The notes under the pieces are model-generated. The model was not told where the DNA came from. It saw nothing but the letters and a program-made list of their open reading frames with translations, and made no database searches. A stretch of DNA of 64,000 nucleotides from a virus. The DNA is taken from the IMG/VR virus record IMGVR_UViG_3300028549_000092, positions 1-64,000 of that record; one strand, written 5' to 3'. Made by a program: the position numbers and the translations under genes. Numbering within the stretch: the stretch's first letter is position 1; each line of letters begins with the position of its first letter. This document shows positions 9,308 through 20,500 of this stretch, piece by piece.

Positions 9308-11740
9308 ATGGCTATTCCTTTGTTGGTAGCTGCTGCGGTTACTGCCGCAGCTTCTTACGGTTCTAGTAAAGTGGCTGAAGCAAAAGGTGCCAAAGCTGCT
9401 AGAAAATTAAAGAAGCTTGGTGATATTGAAGATGGTAGAAGCATTGAAGATACTGTAGACACTAATCGACAAATCTCAACAGATGTTTACAATGAGTTGT
9501 ATGGAGATGGAGCGTTGGTTGGTAAGCGAAGTGGTGTTATAGGTGGTAATCTAAAAGCTCCAAAGGGTATCGGTGGTAATGGTAAACTTGATACAGCTGG
9601 TGGTAATGGAGCAAATGGCGCTATGGATGGCATAGGTGCTGGCATAGGGATTGGTAGTTCTGTTGGAGGTATGTTAGCTAGTATAACTAGCGATCCTGCT
9701 AACGATCCTAATTACATTAATGCCGAAAGTAATATTAAAAAAGGTCGTATAGAAAAATACTTAAGTAATATCAATAATGAAAGTTACGGTCTAGGTGATT
9801 TAGTTCCTACTAGTGGAAACACTATGAGTGTTGCTGGTGGTAAACATGGTAGCGGTAACGATACCGATATTGATCGTGCAGACGGTAGTAAATTTAGTAT
9901 TGAAGCTGGAGAAGTTATACAACCTACCGATAAAGGTCTTAGAGTTTTTAGCGATAGGTTCGGTATAAACGGAAATCGTGGTACCACATTTGCTAGAATG
10001 GCTGATAAGATATCTAAACAAAAGGGTGAACTGGAAACTAGTTTTAACAAGACTGTTTCACCTATTGGTAGGAATACTGAACAACGTAGAATAGATGTTA
10101 AAGGTATAGATCTTGATAGACTATTTTCTGCTCAAGAATCTATGAAAGCAGGTGATCAATCTACAGAAACTTTTGGAGATGGTGGTACAGCTAAGACGCA
10201 TTTCAAATATCCCGATACTGCTACTAGTTTTGATACCTTTAAGAAATCTGTTGAGACTGATGGTGACTATAAAGATAAGGCTAGATTGTTTGAGTATAAG
10301 ACTAAACTAGATACTTTATTAAGAGCTTCTGATCCCAATAGTTTCGATAGTTTGGCTAAAGAAAACTACAATAAAGATAATAAAACTAAAGCTGCTAATG
10401 CCGATAAGTATTACACCGAAAAGAAAACCAGTGCTTATGTAAATAAAGATTCTATAAAATCTACTCTCGGTAACGATTATGATGATTATGTCACTTTGAT
10501 GGATAAATATCATAAAGCTGATTTTGGTATTACCGGTAGTAACGAAAGTGGTAAGGACGTTACAAATCTTAATTATGGTTTACGTACTTCCTCTGTTATT
10601 GGTAAACCTTCCATTGGAGTTGGTAATAAAGAAGCTAATTCTAATAAAGTTAAGTCTACTTTTGGTGTAGACGTTCTTTATGATTCTAAAGATAAGAAAT
10701 ACGATTACAAATATCGTGAACCGGTAGAATACGGTAACGGAGGTTTTGAAGATGGTACGCCAGGATTTATTACAAATGATATTTTAGATAAAGCTAAACG
10801 TACTGCCAACGGAGATTTAGATCCTAATTTACTAAATGGATTTGTTGATAACTATAAAGCTAATCCAAACATGAGGGTTGGTAAGTATGAAGATAATAAA
10901 TTCAAACTTGATCCTACTGCTATTATTACAGGTAGAGGTGGTAGTAACCCTCCTGTTAGTTCTGATAAACCTGGAACTATGCTAAGTCGTATTTGGGATA
11001 AAGATCCTATTAAAAATATGAACGTTGTTGCAACAGGTGCTTCTATACTGGATAACATTTATAACAACAATCTTATAAATAAAGATGCCGCTAGACCTGT
11101 TAACTTTAAGTACGCTACTGCTGAGAATTTAGATGCGAAATTTGATACTAGACTTCCTATTAACATGGTTGCTAAAGAAACTCGTAATTACGAAAAGTTT
11201 GTAGAAGATAATCTTACTTCTACTACCCAACGAGTAGCAAATGTTGCTGATTTGAAAACTAGACTTCTCGATAAGGTTAATGATGTTAACGATACGGCTA
11301 ATAAGTTTAATGCCGATATGAAAACTAAGAACAAACTTAATCGTCAAGAAGTTAATATTAACAACGCTAGAACTCATAATCAGGAGGAAATGTTTAACTA
11401 TCAACGTAACATGGATACTACTGCTAAGAAATCTGCTAATATGTCTAATACTATTAGCGATCTACTTAAAGGTGCTGAACGTAGTATGCAAGTTGATTCT
11501 GAAAGAGAACGTTACGGAATACTTTCAAAACAGTTTGATGAAAGTGGAGTAAATGTTAATACTATAATAGGTTTAGCTAATAAGTCTAGTAGAGAAGAAT
11601 ATCTAACTATGTTAGCTTCTACTGGTAGAAGTGGTCATCTTATGACAGCTGGTTTGGAAGCTTGGAATAAACTTAATCCTGATAAAGCTATTACAGAAGC
11701 CGATGTAAATAGTAAACGTTCGGCTGGTAAAAAGAAATAA
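9308..11740 (+). CDS. Putative internal/ejected virion protein (810 aa)
   Basis: Hydrophobic N-terminal helix (IPLLVAAAVTAAASY) followed by Gly-rich hydrophobic stretches (GGNGANGAMDGIGAGIGIGSSVGGMLASI). Terminator at 11751-11786. Confidence 0.75.
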   Translation: MAIPLLVAAAVTAAASYGSSKVAEAKGAKAARKLKKLGDIEDGRSIEDTVDTNRQISTDVYNELYGDGALVGKRSGVIGGNLKAPKGIGGNGKLDTAGGNGANGAMDGIGAGIGIGSSVGGMLASITSDPANDPNYINAESNIKKGRIEKYLSNINNESYGLGDLVPTSGNTMSVAGGKHGSGNDTDIDRADGSKFSIEAGEVIQPTDKGLRVFSDRFGINGNRGTTFARMADKISKQKGELETSFNKTVSPIGRNTEQRRIDVKGIDLDRLFSAQESMKAGDQSTETFGDGGTAKTHFKYPDTATSFDTFKKSVETDGDYKDKARLFEYKTKLDTLLRASDPNSFDSLAKENYNKDNKTKAANADKYYTEKKTSAYVNKDSIKSTLGNDYDDYVTLMDKYHKADFGITGSNESGKDVTNLNYGLRTSSVIGKPSIGVGNKEANSNKVKSTFGVDVLYDSKDKKYDYKYREPVEYGNGGFEDGTPGFITNDILDKAKRTANGDLDPNLLNGFVDNYKANPNMRVGKYEDNKFKLDPTAIITGRGGSNPPVSSDKPGTMLSRIWDKDPIKNMNVVATGASILDNIYNNNLINKDAARPVNFKYATAENLDAKFDTRLPINMVAKETRNYEKFVEDNLTSTTQRVANVADLKTRLLDKVNDVNDTANKFNADMKTKNKLNRQEVNINNARTHNQEEMFNYQRNMDTTAKKSANMSNTISDLLKGAERSMQVDSERERYGILSKQFDESGVNVNTIIGLANKSSREEYLTMLASTGRSGHLMTAGLEAWNKLNPDKAITEADVNSKRSAGKKK

Positions 11741-11750
11741 CAATCTACAT

Positions 11751-11786
11751 ACTACCATTAGTTTTACTAATGGTAGTTTTGTGTTT
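11751..11786 (+). terminator. Rho-independent terminator
   Basis: actaccattagt-ttt-actaatggtagt followed by tttgtgttt. Confidence 0.8.
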
Positions 11787-11798
11787 AAACTTACAACT

Positions 11799-14564
11799 AT
11801 GGCAGAAGCTGCTGGTCTATCTTTTGTAAATAATGGAGACTTCAATTTACCTAATCAGAATCTTGATGCTCTAATGGAACTTAATAAAGTCTATCAAGAA
11901 AGATGGGCTGTTAATAAATCTAACATTCAGCAAACCGATAGCTTTTTAAATAAAGCTAAAGAGATGGATATTAATGGTTCTAATAAAGTTCACCTAGAGA
12001 ATGGTGTAGATAACTTTACTAAATCTATTTCTAACTACGTTGATGAAGGTGATTACGAACATGCTAGCAAAGCTGTTGATGAAGCTAGCCATAATCTTAC
12101 AAATGATAAAGCTTTTAATCAATCTATAACTGATTATAAAACTTATCAAGAATGGGCTACTACTGTTAAAACTTCTCAGCAAGATTTACTGAAAGCTGGT
12201 AAAGGTGCTTGGACAGATCAAGAACAAGCTATGTATCGTAATCACTACCGTCAATCTTATGGTGGTGTTAAAAAGAATGATGATGGTACTATTACCGGAG
12301 GTTTCAGCGGTGGTGACATGGGTGAAAAAATAGATATCGCTGGTACATTTGACGATTGGGTTAAAGACACTCATAAAGAAGTTACATCAAGAGCTATTAC
12401 ATTAGCTAAAACCGGTGTTGATACATTGTATGGTATCGAAACGGTTAAAGCTAATAATATCAAAGCTCTTTATGAGTATGCTATGGAACGGTCTAAAAAT
12501 GATCCTAGAATAGCTAAGTTCTTTGAAACTCAAAGTGTCATTAACAGTCAGAAAGATATTAATACTTTGGCTAATGATGTAATCAAGAGTGGGGGTTCTA
12601 CTATTTACAATGAAATGTATAAGAAAGACCTTAATGAACTTACAGCACTAGCTAAAAAAGATCCTAATGGTATTTATGCTAAACGTTTAGCAGATATGAA
12701 ATCAGGGTTTAACGATGGTGCTGCATATGGACTTGCCAATGCTCTGGAAGATAAACTAGCAGAAGCTGGAATAGATATTAAATTTCCTAATCAAAAGGTG
12801 TTTGCTGCTACCTTTACTACGGCTACTAGACTTCTACAAGAATATCAAGCTGCTGATGATAAAACAGCTTTTGCTAAACTAAATGGTGAAGGTCTTAAAA
12901 CTGCTATGACCATTAAGAATGTTTTGGCAAACCTTGGTGCTAATAACATAATTAGCAATGCTGCTTTAGAAGGTGCTGTTAGACACGGTAAAGGTGAACA
13001 GCTTCTTACTAGTATTACTACTTTTACAGATCATGTTGGTCTTGACGCTAACAGGAAAAAGCTTAAAGAAGAAAGTGATTATTTCGCTGCTGCTATACCT
13101 AGTAAAGTAGACTTACTTAATAACTTTACAGAAGATGGTGCAGGATATAACAATTTTAGTGGAGCTATTGTAAAAGCTACTCAAGGTTATAGAGTTGCTG
13201 AATCAGCTCTCAATAATATTAAACATAACCTACTTAAACAAAACTATACGTTTGATAAAGAGACTGGTAAGATGTTAGGTAGAACTGATGGCAAACCTGT
13301 TTCAGATTATGACAGAGATAGTTATAATGCTCTAAGAGCTTCTTACAATAAGTCTAAAGAAAGTTATAAGTATTGGGATCGTATTAAGAATGATTTCAAG
13401 TATAAATTGGATAATAGTATAACCCCTGAAGATAATAAAAAATACGAAGCTTACAAAGTTACTGCTTTTCAAAATATACTTAGTAACGATGGTGTTGTTA
13501 TAACGGCTATAAAAAACATACTAAAACCAACAGGTTTGGTTAGTGACAATGGACGTGTTCCAATTAAAGATGCGTTTATTAATCATATACCTAGTTTTAG
13601 TAATAAAGCCAAACCTAGTGATCTGATAGCTTTGCATTCTGAACTTAACAATGAAGTTAAAAGTGGTAAAATTACTCCGGAATCAGCGGTTGCTATTATG
13701 AATAGTACTTGGAAGAAATTAGGTAATACTAAAGACCTAATTCCTACTAATACTTTCATACCTAAAACTGATTATTTTAGTAAAAACGCTAAAGATGCTT
13801 ATGCTAAATATTCTAAGAATAACTTTTTAAAGTCTTTTAGTAGTGATGAGATTATGTTTAACTTTGCTGCTTCTAAAGAAGGTAGTGAAAATAATCCTGA
13901 CTTTGCCGTTATCAATGGTATAAATAGATTTATGAATATACATGATCTAAACTCTTCTACTATAGTTAGTCAGAATAATGGTCAAACTTATACCGGTAAG
14001 AGTGGTAAGAATGGTATTCAAAGTGAACTAAATGCTGACTATGACAGACTGCAAGCTGTTGGATATGGATACGATCCTATCAAACATCAAAACTACGCTG
14101 TAGTACAAGCTTTAGATAAAGATGGTAAAGTTATTGCATCTAGTAGTACTAGTTCTAAACCTTTACTCGGAACTAATACTATTATACCTGCTAAGTTTAG
14201 AGTTTATGATAGCTCTTTGAATGAACATTTTGAAAAACTAGATGATGTTCTACTACATTCTAAAAGTCCTCGTAATAACAGTTTCGCAAAGATTACTAAG
14301 ATGTCAAAAGCACTGTCTCAAGTGGTAGACCTTAGCGCTATTAGCGATGCATATACCGGTTATAATCGTAGAGCTATTTTAGATCATAATGGTAATACAG
14401 TTTGTTATGTTAACAAAGCTAATTCAACTCTAGGTGGTGACAATCCTGCTGAAAATGGGATGTATATGCAACTAGAAGATGCTAATGGTAAAGTAATAGT
14501 TACTGCTTCTGACAATGGGGGTCTTATAGAAGAACTTCATACTAGACTAATCAATCGTAAATAA
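11799..14564 (+). CDS. Large virion protein (921 aa from ATG 11799)
   Basis: The ORF track starts at GTG 11781, which lies inside the T-tail of the upstream terminator. The first ATG is at 11799. Helical, Lys/Asn/Ala-rich. Confidence 0.75.
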   Translation: MAEAAGLSFVNNGDFNLPNQNLDALMELNKVYQERWAVNKSNIQQTDSFLNKAKEMDINGSNKVHLENGVDNFTKSISNYVDEGDYEHASKAVDEASHNLTNDKAFNQSITDYKTYQEWATTVKTSQQDLLKAGKGAWTDQEQAMYRNHYRQSYGGVKKNDDGTITGGFSGGDMGEKIDIAGTFDDWVKDTHKEVTSRAITLAKTGVDTLYGIETVKANNIKALYEYAMERSKNDPRIAKFFETQSVINSQKDINTLANDVIKSGGSTIYNEMYKKDLNELTALAKKDPNGIYAKRLADMKSGFNDGAAYGLANALEDKLAEAGIDIKFPNQKVFAATFTTATRLLQEYQAADDKTAFAKLNGEGLKTAMTIKNVLANLGANNIISNAALEGAVRHGKGEQLLTSITTFTDHVGLDANRKKLKEESDYFAAAIPSKVDLLNNFTEDGAGYNNFSGAIVKATQGYRVAESALNNIKHNLLKQNYTFDKETGKMLGRTDGKPVSDYDRDSYNALRASYNKSKESYKYWDRIKNDFKYKLDNSITPEDNKKYEAYKVTAFQNILSNDGVVITAIKNILKPTGLVSDNGRVPIKDAFINHIPSFSNKAKPSDLIALHSELNNEVKSGKITPESAVAIMNSTWKKLGNTKDLIPTNTFIPKTDYFSKNAKDAYAKYSKNNFLKSFSSDEIMFNFAASKEGSENNPDFAVINGINRFMNIHDLNSSTIVSQNNGQTYTGKSGKNGIQSELNADYDRLQAVGYGYDPIKHQNYAVVQALDKDGKVIASSSTSSKPLLGTNTIIPAKFRVYDSSLNEHFEKLDDVLLHSKSPRNNSFAKITKMSKALSQVVDLSAISDAYTGYNRRAILDHNGNTVCYVNKANSTLGGDNPAENGMYMQLEDANGKVIVTASDNGGLIEELHTRLINRK

Positions 14565-14573
14565 CTTATCAAC

Positions 14574-17500
14574 ATGGAAGATATTAAAGTTCCTGGTAAT
14601 CCTATGGATACTAAACCCGATGGTTTTAACATTGATAATCAAAATAACATACCATCTTCTATTTATATAGAAGGTGGTACTGACTTTATGAGTACTTTGA
14701 TTCCTAAAGAAACTGTTCATTATGGAGATTTAGACATATCTTCTAGGGTTAAAGTTCCTAAGTTAGCAAATGTAGGTTCTATTGCTAAATCTAAAGCTGG
14801 TGATATAGCTCCTTTAAAGGCTGATGGTAAACATAATTCTGTTAATTACAACAACTCTATTAAAGGTAGTGGTATTGGTCAACATGAAATAGATATTTAC
14901 GGTAAATATGTTGGTGGTAAAGTTACAGAAGGTATAGATCTTCAAGAGTTCGCTGGTCAAAAACAGACTGGTTGGGAAACTTGGGCTAGAGGTCTTGGCA
15001 AATTTGCTATTAGTGCTAGTCAAGCTTTTACTGAACCTTTTGTAGATATGCTTTATGGTGCACCTGCTGCTATAGTTTGTGCTGATAAAGAACTATTTTA
15101 TGATAATGGTGTTACTAACTGGATGGATAAAGTTGCTGCTGATTTCAGTAAGAACAATCCTATATTCCAAACTAATGCTGAAAAGGATGCTAACCTAATG
15201 TCTATGGAGACACTCGGTTCAGATGCTTTTTGGTCAGATCAAGCTCTAGGTTCTTTTGGGTTTACAGTAGGTACTATTCTAAATGGTATGGTTACTGGAG
15301 GTCTACTTACTGCTGCTGGTAAAGCTACTCAAGCTGGAAAAGCTGCTAGTATGTTTGAACGTTTTATGGCTTCTTATACTGCCGAAGGTGCTACTCTAAG
15401 TGGTAAAGCTAAAACGTTAGATACCATTATAGCTGGTATGAATACTGCTAGAACTAAAACGGCTATTGCTCGTACAGGTCTTAGTATGTTTTCTGCATTT
15501 GGTGAAGCAGGTCTTGAAGCTAGACAAATTAATAATACTTTAAAACCTAAACTTGATGCACTAGTTGCTAATGGTGACATAAGTGCTAAAGATGCTGAGG
15601 AGACTCTAACTTCTGCAAAGAATATGGTCTTTGGTATGAATACTCTTACAGTAGGTGCTTCGCAGTATGTTCAATTTGGTAAACTATTTACTAGAGGTTA
15701 TACTGCTGAAAGAGCTGCTATTGGTAAGATTGGATTTAATGCTGAATCTAAGACTTTTGAAAATCTTGGTGGTAAGTACAATTGGATGTATAATACTGCT
15801 AAACGTGCAGTTACCGAAGGTAATGAAGAAATGCTTCAAACCATGTATCAACATATTGCTGAAAATCAATATAGTGGTAAAAAGAATGGTAAGACGTTTG
15901 TACGTAATGGTGTTGGAGCATCTATTGAAGCTATATCTAAAGGTCTTAGTCCTGCATTTAGCAATGCTTGGAATAGTAAAGACGGTCAGACTAGTATTTT
16001 CCTAGGAGCTGTAATGGGTGTTCTAGGTGGAGCACACGAGATTGTTAAAGAACAATCTAATATGAACAAAGGTACTCAACTTGCAGTTAATACTTTAAAT
16101 GATTACACCACTGGTAAAGATAATGCTATATATTCTTATATTAAGCATATTGGAGATCAGGCTGCCATAGGTCAAGCTTTAGAGAAAGCTGCTAATAAGA
16201 AAGATAAGTTTACTTATAAGAACTATGAAGATCAATCTTTGATTAAACTTGTAGGTGCTTTACAAGCTACTAATTCATTTGGAGTATTTGAGAACTATCT
16301 TAACGATGTTCTATCTATGAATGTAGATGAATATAAGAAACTTAATACTGGTACTACAGATGATCATTATGTTGTAGCCAATAAAGACGCTCTAGCTGTA
16401 GATATTCTTAGTAACGCTAAAATATATAAGAATCTTTACGATACTATTCAAAATAACTTTAGCGATCGTACCGGTGAACATAGAGAAGTTCTTTATGAAC
16501 TTAAAGCTGCTACTCACGGTTTAGATGTTAGAAAAGCTAAGATCATAGCAAGTCTTAAAGAAAAGACTGGTATTGATTACGAAGATACATATAAGATTGC
16601 TCAAACAGAACTTATATCTAAGTATAAAAAAGAGTATAACGCTACACTTGGAGAAGGTAAGATAAACGATCCTATTGAGGAAGGGGCTTTTATCAGAAAC
16701 AAACTGAACGAATCTGATATTCTAAATCATGCTGCTAGTATATACAATACTCAAACTTCTAAAGCCGGTAATGATGAAGAAGGTAACGATGAAATAAAAG
16801 ATCTTGAAAAGATTAATACTGCTCAAGCTAATTTAGTTGAGTACTTTAAAGAACTTAGTTCTAAAGAAGGTTTTGTAAATAGCAATACTAACGCTATAAA
16901 GACTAATGTTAATACAGCTGTTGCTGACATTAAGAAAGGTCATAAAGATAGTTTCAAGACTAGTGAAAAGAGTTATGACGAAGCTTTTAAAAAGAAGGCT
17001 AGTGTTGAAACTGTAGATAAAGCTACAACAGATGTTACACAAACTAACGATAGTCTTAAAACGGCTTTAAACGAACTAGATAAAGAACATCCTAGTTATG
17101 CTAGTAAAGCTGCTGTATATTCAAGATTGATTTCAGATAATGATAATAGACTTAAAAGTCTTGAAGCTAAAAAGATTGATCTTGAAAGTAAAGTTACTAA
17201 AGTAGGTAACGAAGTTAAACCTGAAACACCTGTTGAAAAACCAATTGCTGCTAAAGAAGAACCTAAACCTAACGATGCTAAGGTTGCACTAGATAAACTT
17301 ATGAATAGAGCTGATACTGCTATTCGTAAAGCTTCTGAAGCTATTAGATCTGCTATAGTTGTTCTAAATTCTAAACCTGTTATTCAAAAAATAGATGACG
17401 TTACTTTTGACACTTATGTTGATAGACTCAATGCTTTCAAAAGTGAACTTCTAGCTAAACGTTCTCTAGTTAACAAGAGTGATATTTACAATGAAATTGT

Positions 17501-20500
17501 AGATGAAATCTCAAATATAAATACTAATGTTGTTACTCTAGTTGGAGAACTTCATAAAATTAGTAAAACTACAACTAAAAAAACAGATACTGACAATACT
17601 AAACCTGTTAGTCAAACTTCCGATGAAAACTTAGTTAAACTTTTAGATGCAGCTTTTGAAGCTGATCCTAAAGGTACTGTGATAGCTATGTTTAACAGAC
17701 TTAGTAGTAATAACGATAAAGATGAAACTACTACTACAGAAACTATCGACACTGTATCAGAAATATCTAATACAGCTAGAACTACAAATCTCGACGATGC
17801 TATGGACGGAGCTAGTCGTGCTCGTATTACTGAACTGTTATTTAATAATGAAGCTGGTAATGGGTATTTAGCTAAATTAATGACTAATGATGTAAAGGAC
17901 TTTACAAATCCTATAGACGTTATCGGTTATCTTGAAACTATCCTAAACAATGGAGAGAAACTTGATAAGCAACAATTTGCTGAACTTTTTACACCTTACT
18001 ACCAATACGTTTTTAATAACTTTGATAATAAGGTTGCTAATGATCTTTTCGATAATCAACTTACTTTCCCTAACTACGAATCTAATGAAGTTCTTTATCA
18101 AGATTATCTTAACCCTTTCATTGTCGACAGTCTTGATAATGCTCCTGACGAAATCATAGTTTTAGATAAAGCTGATCAAGTTAAACAAAAGACGCCTTGG
18201 GCTAAAGTAACTACTAATTACACAGAAGCTAACGGTGCTATATTAAGTGTTACAGGTGCAACTATGAACAACATCAATACGGTATATTCTGGAGATACTG
18301 TTAATAGTGGAGCTGTTCTAGTCATGACCATTGACAACGAGAAACCCAATTTTGCTATAACTAAACAACTTGATCTAAACAGTAGAAATATTACTACTAC
18401 TGTAATTAGTAATGAAGATGTGTTAGCTAAAGTACGAGCTAATGATTGGGAGAACATTACAGAAGAGGAAATAGTTAACATGCCTATTAAGGTTAGTGAT
18501 AGTGGTGGTAATGAACTTGGTCACCTTCACAATCCTGCTTGGTTGGATGAAAATAGATCTACTTTTGATAGTTCTGTCAATACTAATGAAGGTATGGCTA
18601 AAGCTAAACGTAATCTATTTGAATATAAACTTGCGGTTGTTATACACGCTGCTAATCACAATGGTGCTCCCATTCGAACTAAAGTAGAATTTAGTAATTC
18701 AGGTTTTATAACTAAGAACTCTAAGACCAAAAGAGTATATAAGTTAGCTAAACATACCATTAGAAACGATAAGACTGTATTTGCTGTTGCTAAGACTAGT
18801 AGTAAAGGAGTGTCGCTGTTTACCAGTAAAGGATCGGAATTTAATAGCGAAAACCTGCTAAATAAGAACACCAATTTTATTAAAGGTATTACTTATGCCG
18901 TTAGCCCCGTTGATGCCACCAGCATAGATGGCAAGGTAACCTATAAGTATATAGCCCTACCTTGTAAAAGCCTACGGTTCGGACAATCTAACCTTGCTAC
19001 GAATGGGAAAACTGGTATCGGAACGCTACTTGCTGACACCATTACAAAGGCTCTCACGTTAAGCATCCGCTTACGTAGTGGCATCAAATTGAGTGAGGTA
19101 GACAAATCTATAACCGATCAATTTGAGGCTCTAGGATTCGACCTATCGAACGAAAAGCAGGTTTCGGACTACGTTAGTGGGCTAACTTTCGCAAGGTCTG
19201 ATTCTCGTGATCTGTTTAAGACTATTAGAGATATATATCTAAGTCCTAATCATAGTAGACATGATGAGGTTTCTAATGGTCTTACGATGATTAATGTTAC
19301 ACCTAAAACTGTTCAATTTGCTCAAACTGGTAAGTTTGGATTTAAGATTACTACTATTACTATGTATGCCGAAGGTGCTAAGTTCTATACTAGAACTTAT
19401 GGCATAAGCGATCTTAAAGAAACTACTACTGAAAAGGAACATAAAGAACATAGTATAGGTATGAAAGATTCTAATTGGGAATCTGAACTACGTAATGTTA
19501 TAATGGATTCTTATATTAGAACCAATGGTAAACTTCTAAATACTAGTGGTACATTTTCTACCCCTCTTGTAGAACTTGATGAAAATGGTGCCATAACAGG
19601 TGTCAAACTTAGTAAAGACTATGATACTTACAATGATTTTCTTAAAGAGAATCTTGCAACAGACTTTACTGATGTAGCAGATGCTACCGGTAAATTTCAT
19701 AGTACCGCTTTTAGAGCTATTATCATTAGTGAAGAAGTTCTTAAAAAGAACTTTGCTAAACAGAATAAGAAAACTAATCTTTCTGAGATTGCAGATACCA
19801 TTATACAACATAATTCTGCTAGGACTATGGTAAAGGTTACTAGAGCTGGTAAATCTTTCCAACTTGGCTACTTTTGTTCGGTTGATGCCGAAGAAGGTCT
19901 ATTCAGTAACTTTGATACTAGTAGTTTTAAAGACAATGATACTTTTAAAATTGCTCACGATAGAGCTTTTGAAGTTATATCTATTGTCAATAGTAATGTT
20001 AAACAATACAATGCTAAAAACAATGGTGATCTTAAACTTGTTAACATTCAAGGTAATATACTGATCTATAAGTCTGGTGATAAGACTTTCTCTGTAGATT
20101 TAAACCTTGTTCACAATCCTAACAACTCGTTTAATGATACTCTTGCTAAAGAAGTTTTACAAGGTGTTGCTAAACTTAAAACTACAGATAATGTACAAGT
20201 CATACTTACAGATGGTTATGTTCAATTTATGGATAAACCTCTTATTGAAGATGAGAAGCAACTAATACTTGAGGTAGATTCCCCTGTAGAAAAGAGGGAA
20301 GAGCCTACTGTAAACACCGTTGTCAGCGATGACATTACTCTTGACGAAGATACTCTAAATCTATTTGCAGATCTTAAATCTATAGTTGATAATAACTTTG
20401 GAGATAGTTCTGAATTTAGTAATACTAGTGTAAAAGAGAGTGTAGAGATTCTTGCTAAAGAGCAACTTCTAAACGTTGTTGACGATGAATCTAAACCTGT

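Noticed and set aside
20275-20299. SPVEKR-type peptides as a protease cleavage or processing site shared by virion proteins.
   Set aside because: The same nucleotides recur in intergenic DNA and in antisense in three other reading frames. They also occur in non-virion proteins (dUTPase, PolB). The conserved unit is therefore the nucleic acid, not the peptide.
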